DNA of 39,998 bases, taken from positions 1-39,998 of IMG/VR virus record IMGVR_UViG_3300007734_000679. One strand, 5' to 3'. The notes beneath the pieces are model-generated. The model was given only the letters and a program-made list of their open reading frames with translations. It was not told the origin of the DNA and searched no databases. The DNA is from a virus (Duplodnaviria > Caudoviricetes). Within the stretch, counting starts at the first letter, position 1, and every line of letters starts with the position of its first letter. This document shows positions 17,906 through 24,353 of the stretch, one piece after another. The translations under genes and the position numbers were made by a program.

Positions 17906-18211
17906 ATGCTTGCGACCACGATCCTGACCGTTTCATTCACCACGCCAACCGACGCGCGCGGCACCCGCGCGCGCCTCCTGCACCTGTCGCAAGATGGGCG
18001 CACCCTCCACTACCGCGGGCGCGATCACGCGCTTTCCATGACGGGCCAAGCGCACGCCGAGGCGGCGGCGTTCGCCGCCGAGCGCGGGCTGCATGTGGTG
18101 GGATGTCTGTACATCCCCGTCTACGGCAGCGGAGATTTGAAGGGCAAGCATTCGACTTGGACATTCACCCTCAGCGCCGAGCGCATCGTTTCCGAATCCG
18201 TCACATTCTGA
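17906..18211 (+). CDS. Early hypothetical protein (PT..RG.R family)
   Basis: Follows the leader unit; TPTDARGTRAR...DHALS...AHAEAA motif. Confidence 0.75.
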   Translation: MLATTILTVSFTTPTDARGTRARLLHLSQDGRTLHYRGRDHALSMTGQAHAEAAAFAAERGLHVVGCLYIPVYGSGDLKGKHSTWTFTLSAERIVSESVTF

Positions 18212-18223
18212 ACAGGAACCCCT

Positions 18224-18550
18224 ATGAACAATCACGGAAATATCATGTTGACCGTCACCGAAAACTACTACCCCGCACTGGCTGCGGAGTTCGGTTCGGG
18301 CGCCCTGCTCGACATCGACTGGGAAGCCGACCTAGTTGACGGAACTATCGAGCACGAGGTCGGCGGCGGAGCAGTCGAATGGTCGGAGCATGCGGAGGTG
18401 ATCGAACGTATGCACATCGTCGGGCTGACCATCATCGGCGACGACGACGACGACGACTGCTACAACCACGATGCTATCGGCGCGTTGCCGCGCGCCGTGC
18501 GCGCCGAACTGCGCGAAATCGCGCGCGAAGTCTGCGAGGCGACACGATGA
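18224..18550 (+). CDS. Early acidic protein (108 aa)
   Basis: CAGGAA RBS; Asp/Glu-rich, including a D6 run. Confidence 0.7.
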   Translation: MNNHGNIMLTVTENYYPALAAEFGSGALLDIDWEADLVDGTIEHEVGGGAVEWSEHAEVIERMHIVGLTIIGDDDDDDCYNHDAIGALPRAVRAELREIAREVCEATR

Positions 18551-18840
18551 GCGCCGCCATCACCGTATCCGTATCGGACGGCTCGGCAAACGCGCTTGCC
18601 TACGCCATCGGCGCTCGGCGCCGCGATATCGAGGAGCGCGTAGCGGTCGCCGAGCGCCGCGGCGCTGCCGCGGTGGTGCGCGAGTACCTGCGCGAGGATG
18701 CGCTACTCGGCGCCGTCGCGCAACAACTGGACACGGAGATGGTGGCGCTCGATCGCGCCGAGCGCGAGCAGCGCGAGGATATCGAGGGGCTCGACAGCAT
18801 CCCCGTGTGGATGTTGGGGCTGCCGATCGAGCAGGACTAG
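18547..18840 (+). CDS. Early coiled-coil hypothetical protein (97 aa)
   Basis: ATGA coupling; ends just before a terminator. Confidence 0.7.
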   Translation: MSAAITVSVSDGSANALAYAIGARRRDIEERVAVAERRGAAAVVREYLREDALLGAVAQQLDTEMVALDRAEREQREDIEGLDSIPVWMLGLPIEQD

Positions 18841-18848
18841 ACCACGAC

Positions 18849-18878
18849 GGGCACGGCTGACGCCGTGCCCTTTGTTTT
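18849..18878 (+). terminator. Intrinsic terminator
   Basis: GGGCACGGC-TGAC-GCCGTGCCC-TTTGTTTT. Confidence 0.88.
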
Positions 18879-18898
18879 CGGAATGTTGAACTAACCAC

Positions 18899-18978
18899 TT
18901 GCACCCTGCCGATCCGCAGGGTACGATGTGCCAAGCAGGCCGCGCGGTCTGCGTCCAGAACCTCACGGAGTAGATCCC
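18899..18978 (+). promoter_or_regulatory. Early promoter-leader unit 5
   Basis: TTGCAC-17-TACGAT; perfect spacer palindrome ACCCTGC-N6-GCAGGGT; hairpin GCAGGCC-GCGC-GGTCTGC; ACGGAGTAGATC. Confidence 0.82.
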
Positions 18979-19722
18979 ATGTCACGCGCCACCACCACCA
19001 CCATGTCCGTATGCTATGTGCGCACCCGTAACACCGACCGCCTCCAGTTGCGGGTGGGCGGGCGCCTCGTGGCGCTCGGCTGCAGCGCCCTCACCCGCGC
19101 CGCCAGTGCCGAATCCGACGCCGCGGCGATCCTCGCAGCCGCAGCCGCGCCGCGCGGGCTGCATGTCGTTTCGGTCGAGATGGACTGCGGGTGCGGCTGG
19201 CGGCGCAATGTGTGGACGATGCGCGCCGTGCTCGGCGTCGGCGCTGCGCCGAGCGCCGCGCCAGTCGTCACGGAATCGTTGACCGCTGCCGACGAAGCGC
19301 ACGCGGACGCCTGCGCCGAGGCGGCAGCGGAAGCGCTGTCGGACATGATCGAGGGGTACCTCGACTGCGCGCTGTGGGCGAGTGTCCCGATGTCGGAGGA
19401 TGAGAGCGCCGACCAGTCGCTGTTTCAAATCGGATACGAGCGCGCGAATTGCTGCGCCGACACATGCGCCGACGCGCGCGCAGCGTGTGAGGGGTTCGCT
19501 GAAGCGCACGGGGACGCCCTGCGCGCTGCGTTTGAGGCTTACCCCCAATACACTCCCACGGGCGCGGGGCACGATTTGTTTCTCAGCCGCAACGGGCACG
19601 GCGCGGGGTTTTTCGATCACGGGGAGCACCCGTGTTGGGATGTGTTGCAGGCGGCGGCGAGGGGGCTCGGCGCGACCGAGGATGTGGCAGAAAATGCGGA
19701 CGGAACTTGCACAGTGCGATGA
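18979..19722 (+). CDS. Early two-domain protein; C-terminal domain of the 'GHD(F/L)xLxRNGHGAGF' phage family
   Basis: YLDCALWAS...AGHDLFLSRNGHGAGFFD motif; function unknown. Confidence 0.8.
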   Translation: MSRATTTTMSVCYVRTRNTDRLQLRVGGRLVALGCSALTRAASAESDAAAILAAAAAPRGLHVVSVEMDCGCGWRRNVWTMRAVLGVGAAPSAAPVVTESLTAADEAHADACAEAAAEALSDMIEGYLDCALWASVPMSEDESADQSLFQIGYERANCCADTCADARAACEGFAEAHGDALRAAFEAYPQYTPTGAGHDLFLSRNGHGAGFFDHGEHPCWDVLQAAARGLGATEDVAENADGTCTVR

Positions 19723-19726
19723 TGCG

Positions 19727-19761
19727 ACGGGCAGGCTCACCCCCTGCCCGTTTCTTTTTTT
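19727..19761 (+). terminator. Intrinsic terminator
   Basis: ACGGGCAGG / CCTGCCCGT stem followed by TTCTTTTTTT. Confidence 0.88.
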
Positions 19762-19782
19762 CGAGATTCTGACCCGAGCCCC

Positions 19783-19863
19783 TTGCATCCTACCGATAGA
19801 GGGGATAGAGTCCCTCTACCGCGCAGCGTGCGCGGCTCAGACCCCCTTCAACGGAGTAGAACC
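19783..19863 (+). promoter_or_regulatory. Early promoter-leader unit 6
   Basis: TTGCAT-17-TAGAGT; hairpin CCGCGCA-GCG-TGCGCGG; ACGGAGTAGA. Confidence 0.8.
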
Positions 19864-20208
19864 ATGACAACCATGACCATGACCACCATCGCCGCCGCCG
19901 ACCTTCAGTTCGCAAACCACCATGCGTACACGGATGTGAACCCCTACGAGATCGTTCGTCGCATCAGCAACACAACAATTGAGGTTCGCCTGATGGACGC
20001 GGTTCGCGATCCGTCTTGGAAGTGCGACTTCATCACGGGTGGCTTCTTCGGTCACACCGCCAACAACCACTCGCAACGGTGGACGATGACGAGCAACCCG
20101 AACAACGACGTCATTCGGATTCGCCTGACCAAGCGTGGATGGCAGCACAAGTCAATGCGATTCGTGCTTGCTGCCAAGCCAATTCACTTCTACGACTACA
20201 ACTGCTGA
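19864..20208 (+). CDS. Conserved phage early hypothetical protein (114 aa)
   Basis: YTDVNPYEIV...TIEVR...GGF.GH..N..Q.W...RL.K.GW...FYDYN family pattern. Confidence 0.8.
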   Translation: MTTMTMTTIAAADLQFANHHAYTDVNPYEIVRRISNTTIEVRLMDAVRDPSWKCDFITGGFFGHTANNHSQRWTMTSNPNNDVIRIRLTKRGWQHKSMRFVLAAKPIHFYDYNC

Positions 20209-20224
20209 AAAAAGGAAAACGACC

Positions 20225-20434
20225 ATGTACCTACCCGCCAACAAAAAACAACCCCTTCACCTCGGCGCCCCTGACTGCGAAACGCTCGCCCGCCTCAGCA
20301 AGTTCGCGCTGCTCGACCTGCTCACCGAAGCCCTGCGCGCAAACGCGGGGCATTGCGACACGCCTTGCACGCTCGAGGAAGTGCGCGAGTTCTGCGCGAC
20401 CACCCTCGCAGCCCGCGGGGATCGCGCAATCTAA
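20225..20434 (+). CDS. Hypothetical protein (69 aa)
   Basis: AAGGAA RBS; followed by a hairpin cluster. Confidence 0.65.
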   Translation: MYLPANKKQPLHLGAPDCETLARLSKFALLDLLTEALRANAGHCDTPCTLEEVREFCATTLAARGDRAI

Positions 20435-20486
20435 ACCGAGCAAAGGCATCTACACTCTGCCGCTCGGATAGGTCGCGACGCGACCC

Positions 20487-20521
20487 GAACCGCCCCGACA
20501 ATCTCGGGGCGGTTTCGCTTT
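20487..20521 (+). terminator. Intrinsic terminator
   Basis: AACCGCCCCGA-CAATC-TCGGGGCGGTT then TCGCTTT. Confidence 0.7.
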
Positions 20522-20558
20522 ACACACCACGCAAACCACCTACACTAGGAACACCCAA

Positions 20559-20840
20559 ATGCTCACCGAACACGCCTACCCCATCACCGACGCCGCCCAG
20601 TGGAAAGGCGCCGTCACCGCACACCTCGCCGAGCACGGCGTGAGCCGTTACGCCCTCACCCGCGCCGCACACGCTGCCGAGGTCTGCGCATCGCATACCT
20701 GCGAGTGCCTGCTCGCCTCCCCCGACACCGTCACAGGGCAGCGCATGCCCTCACTCGCCCTCGCGATCGACATCGCCCGACTCGCAGGGCTCGACCTAGT
20801 GCTAGTTGCCCGAGCCGTCCCCCTCACACCACGACCATGA
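20559..20840 (+). CDS. XRE/Cro-like HTH protein
   Basis: GVSRYALTRA...RMPSLALAIDIARLAGLDLVL, an XRE-type C-terminal pattern. Confidence 0.65.
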   Translation: MLTEHAYPITDAAQWKGAVTAHLAEHGVSRYALTRAAHAAEVCASHTCECLLASPDTVTGQRMPSLALAIDIARLAGLDLVLVARAVPLTPRP

Positions 20841-21100
20841 CCCTGATCACCCGAGCCGTAGGCATCCATCCCACCCTCGGCGTCGTGCGCGCCGCAGCCA
20901 TCACACGATCCCATCGCGAACACAGCAGCGCGCATGATTCTCTCCGCGACGCACTGCGCGCGCGCGGAGCCTCTCGCATATGGGTAGGCTCAGGCACGCC
21001 CGTAGCAGACTCGGACGCAGGTGCTCGAGAAATCGAATCCGTGCAGACGCGCGGATTCGCCACGCCACTGCGCGAACGCGAGAGCAGGCGCCCCCTATGA
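20837..21100 (+). CDS. Hypothetical protein (87 aa)
   Basis: ATGA coupling at both ends. Confidence 0.55.
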   Translation: MTLITRAVGIHPTLGVVRAAAITRSHREHSSAHDSLRDALRARGASRIWVGSGTPVADSDAGAREIESVQTRGFATPLRERESRRPL

Positions 21101-21309
21101 GCACACGCACAGCAGCCGCAGCACGAGCCGCTACGATCGCCGCACAGGCTGCGCAGGCAGACGCAGAGCGCAGGGCTCGCAGGATCCTCGGAGAGCGTGA
21201 CGAGGCACGCACACTCGTGTGCGCCCTAGATGTTGCTGCAGGCACATACGCGACACTAGAAGCCGCCGCCGAAGCCCGAGGGTGGCGCTCGGCGCAGAGT
21301 CGGAAATAG
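21097..21309 (+). CDS. Hypothetical protein with ERDEAR..VC...ARGW motif
   Basis: ATGA coupling; motif shared with 12461-12709. Confidence 0.6.
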   Translation: MSTRTAAAARAATIAAQAAQADAERRARRILGERDEARTLVCALDVAAGTYATLEAAAEARGWRSAQSRK

Positions 21310-21336
21310 CGGGAAGTTCCAACGGAAACCAACACC

Positions 21337-21792
21337 ATGCCACGCAAGCAACAACCACCACAGCACCTAGTCACACGACCACGCGGCCGCCCTGTCACAT
21401 TCGACCATGCCGTGGCGGATGAGATCCTCGCCCGAATCTCGGAGGGTGAGTCGCTGCTCTCGGTGTGCGAGAGCGCGCACATACCTGCGCATTCGACGGT
21501 TTGCGGGTGGGTTGTTGATGATAGGGACGGCTTTGCCGACCGCTACGCGCGCGCTCGCCGACTCTGCGCCGAGCGTTGGGCTCACGAGGTGCTCACGCTG
21601 TCCGACGCGGCGCCGATCGTGGCGCCCGATGGCCGCGTTGACTCCGCAGCCGTGCAGCACCAACGGCTGCGCGTCGATTCGCGCAAGTGGCTGTTATCGA
21701 AGATCGTGCCGAAGATCTACGGCGACCGTGTGGCGCTCGACCACGCAGGCGGCGTCGCTATAACCGTGCTTACGGGCGTGCCTGACGCGTGA
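21337..21792 (+). CDS. terS: Terminase small subunit (Sf6 gp1-like)
   Basis: GRP...EI..RISEGESL..VC....P..STV..W...F..RYARAR...RLRVDSRKWLLSK..PK.YGD. Confidence 0.92.
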   Translation: MPRKQQPPQHLVTRPRGRPVTFDHAVADEILARISEGESLLSVCESAHIPAHSTVCGWVVDDRDGFADRYARARRLCAERWAHEVLTLSDAAPIVAPDGRVDSAAVQHQRLRVDSRKWLLSKIVPKIYGDRVALDHAGGVAITVLTGVPDA

Positions 21793-23126
21793 GCGCCGCG
21801 GCGCCGATCACGCTCGACTACGCGCCGCGCGAATGGCAGCGCGAATGCCACCGCACGCGGGCTCGGTTCACCGTGCTCGCGCTGCACAGGCGCGCAGGCA
21901 AGACAGAACTAGCGCTGATGGAACTGATCGACAAGGCGCTGCGGTGCGCGCTGCCGCTCGGCCTGTTCACCTACATCGCGCCGCTGCAACGGCAGGCGAA
22001 GGCAATCGCATGGGCTCGATTGAAGCACAGGCTGCGCCCGCTCGAAGTCGCGGGCGCCGTGACCTACAACGAAGCCGACCTAGTCGTGGCGATGCGGCAC
22101 AACGGCGCGACCATCCGCCTGATCGGCGCCGACAACCCCGACGCGATGCGCGGCGTGCGCCTCGATGGCTGCGTGATCGATGAGGTCGCGCAAATCAAGC
22201 CCGAGGTGTGGCAAGAGATCGTGCAGCCCGCGCTGTCCGACCGCAAAGGCTGGGCGATGTTCATCGGCACGCCGAACGGCGTGAACCTGTTCTCTGAGTT
22301 GTTCGCGAGGGCGGCGGCGCTGCCCGACTGGAAGGCGGCGCGCTACACCGTGTACGACACGCAGGCGATCGACGCGGACGAAGTGCAGCGCCTGCGGCGC
22401 GACATGCCCGAGGCTGCGTTCGCGCGCGAGTACCTGTGCGACTTCGCGGCCGCGGGCGACGACCAGTTGATCGGCCTCACCGACGCCGAGAATGCGGCGC
22501 GGCGCGCGTACACCGAGCGCGACGTGGCCGACGCGCCGCTGATCATGGGGATCGACCCCGCGCGGTTCGGAGGCGATCGCAGCGTGCTAATCATGCGGCG
22601 CGGGTTGCAGGCGTGGAGCCCCACCGTGTGGCGCGGGCTCGACAACATGGAAGTCGCTGCGCGCTGCGCGAACCTGATTGAACAGCATTCGCCCGATGCC
22701 GTGTTCGTCGATGCGGGAGCGGGCGCGGGCGTCATCGACAGGCTGCGGCAACTCGACTACGACGTGGTTGAGGTGCCGTTCGGCGGGCGCCCGATGCTGC
22801 CCGAGCAGTTCGTCAACCGTCGCACCGAGATGTGGTGGCTGATGCGCGAGTGGATCATGTCGGGCGGCGCGATCCCGAACGATGTGGGGCTAAAGACGGA
22901 ACTGAGCACGCCCGTCTACTGGTTCGATCCTGCGGGGCGGAAGGCGTTGGAGTCGAAGGATGAAATTAAGAAACGACTTCAGGGCGGCGCATCGCCCGAC
23001 CTCGCCGACGCGTTGGCGTTGACCTTCGCGTATCCCGTGCGCAAGCGTACGGCGATCGAAACGGCACGCATCACGCGCGCATCGGAGCGCGACGACTACG
23101 ATCCGTACGCGAAGGTGCGCGAATGA
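21789..23126 (+). CDS. terL: Terminase large subunit
   Basis: Walker A-like HRRAGKT, MRGVRLDGCVIDE (Walker B), FIGTPNG coupling motif, RNase H-like GIDPARFGGD...SPDLADALALTFA. Confidence 0.96.
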   Translation: MSAAAPITLDYAPREWQRECHRTRARFTVLALHRRAGKTELALMELIDKALRCALPLGLFTYIAPLQRQAKAIAWARLKHRLRPLEVAGAVTYNEADLVVAMRHNGATIRLIGADNPDAMRGVRLDGCVIDEVAQIKPEVWQEIVQPALSDRKGWAMFIGTPNGVNLFSELFARAAALPDWKAARYTVYDTQAIDADEVQRLRRDMPEAAFAREYLCDFAAAGDDQLIGLTDAENAARRAYTERDVADAPLIMGIDPARFGGDRSVLIMRRGLQAWSPTVWRGLDNMEVAARCANLIEQHSPDAVFVDAGAGAGVIDRLRQLDYDVVEVPFGGRPMLPEQFVNRRTEMWWLMREWIMSGGAIPNDVGLKTELSTPVYWFDPAGRKALESKDEIKKRLQGGASPDLADALALTFAYPVRKRTAIETARITRASERDDYDPYAKVRE

Positions 23127-23578
23127 TCACGACGACGATCAACATCTGCCTGATCGCTGAACTGTGGGACGATCCCGAGTGGGAGCATGTATCGGGATCC
23201 TACGGCTACGAGGGCGGCTACGAGGGCATGCCGACGCCGAACCCGCAGCGGCAGCACTACGAGCGACTGGAGGCTGCGGGCGTTTCGACGATCCTGCGCG
23301 TTGACTCGGGCGGGGTGCTTGTGGGCTTTGCGATCCTGATCACGACGATCAACCCGCACTATGGGCAGCGGGTCACGATTGTCGAGAGCGCGTACATCCT
23401 GCCGCGTCATCGGGGCTCGGCGGGCTGTCGGCTTGTGCGGGCTGCGGAGTCGGCGGCTGTGTCGTTGGGTTCCGTGTGCATGCTTGCGACGGCGCCGATC
23501 GGGTCGCGGCTTGGTCGGCTGTATGAACTGCTCGGGTTCCGCGGCACGAGCACGACCTACATGAGGATGCTCGGATGA
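23123..23578 (+). CDS. GNAT-family acetyltransferase
   Basis: LVGFAIL...YILPRHRGSAGCRLVRAAE...RLYELLGF acetyl-CoA-binding pattern. Confidence 0.8.
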   Translation: MITTTINICLIAELWDDPEWEHVSGSYGYEGGYEGMPTPNPQRQHYERLEAAGVSTILRVDSGGVLVGFAILITTINPHYGQRVTIVESAYILPRHRGSAGCRLVRAAESAAVSLGSVCMLATAPIGSRLGRLYELLGFRGTSTTYMRMLG

Positions 23579-24066
23579 CTGACGAGCCGAGTCTGTGCAC
23601 GCTTTCGACTTCGGAGAGTGTGAAGGCGGAGTTGTACGCGTTGCAGCGCGAGTATGCGCACCTTCCGCAGGTCGAGATGCCTGTGCACCATGTGCTGCAC
23701 GGCGGCATGTACGCTCGGACGATCGAGGTGCCTGCGGGCACGCTTGTGGTTGGGGTGCATGTGATTGTGCCGACGATTGTGATCATCGACGGTCGGGGCA
23801 CGCTGACCGCGGGCGGGGAATCGGTAGAACTGGACGGGTACTACGTTCTCGCAGGGGAGAAGAATCGGAAGCAGATGTTCTATGCCGTGGATCGAACGCG
23901 TGTTACGATGATTACACCTTCGACCGCTTGTTCGGTTGAAGAAGCCGAGCGTCAATTCACCGACGAGCCCGAGTCGCTTATCAGCAGGCGCAGCGATGCG
24001 CATATTGTGATTAACACAGGAGCATGCTCATGTCAGGAGTCGCACTCGCAATTGGCGCAGGAGTAG
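23575..24066 (+). CDS. Cupin-fold protein
   Basis: PQVEMPVHHVLHGGMYARTIEVPAGTLVVG...G.KQMFYA..T..T pattern of phage cupin-like proteins. Confidence 0.7.
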   Translation: MTDEPSLCTLSTSESVKAELYALQREYAHLPQVEMPVHHVLHGGMYARTIEVPAGTLVVGVHVIVPTIVIIDGRGTLTAGGESVELDGYYVLAGEKNRKQMFYAVDRTRVTMITPSTACSVEEAERQFTDEPESLISRRSDAHIVINTGACSCQESHSQLAQE

Positions 24067-24353
24067 CAGCGGCGGGGCTTGGTGTTTCGATCTATCAGGG
24101 TCAGGCACAGAAGTCGAACGCAAAGAACTCGCTTGATGCGCAGAAGGGTGCGCAGAACGACGCGGCGAACCGTGCTCGATCTCAGCAGCGTTCTTCTGAG
24201 GAGGCGCAGAACATGGCGAACCGCAAGGAGCCTGATATTGCGTCGATCATGGAGAAGGCATCGAAGCAGGGTGTTGCGAGCACGATGCTGACGGGTGCTC
24301 GTGGCAGTCCTTCGGCAGGCGCACTTGGCAAGACAACGATGTTGGGTTCCTAA
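24030..24353 (+). CDS. Small virion / ejection protein upstream of the portal
   Basis: CAGGAG RBS; hydrophobic N-terminus, coiled coil, STMLTG...LGKTTMLG C-terminal motif; portal-adjacent position. Confidence 0.75.
   Translation: MSGVALAIGAGVAAAGLGVSIYQGQAQKSNAKNSLDAQKGAQNDAANRARSQQRSSEEAQNMANRKEPDIASIMEKASKQGVASTMLTGARGSPSAGALGKTTMLGS

Noticed and set aside
15036-19863. CRISPR or mini-array, suggested by recurring CCTTGCATCCTACCGAT and ACGGAGTAGA
   Set aside because: Copies are about 0.9-1.6 kb apart, separated by genes, and align to -35/-10/RBS positions.
20559-20840. Lysogeny module (CI repressor plus integrase)
   Set aside because: The XRE-like gene is co-oriented with its neighbours and has no peptidase domain; no integrase or ParA was found, so a temperate lifestyle is unsupported.
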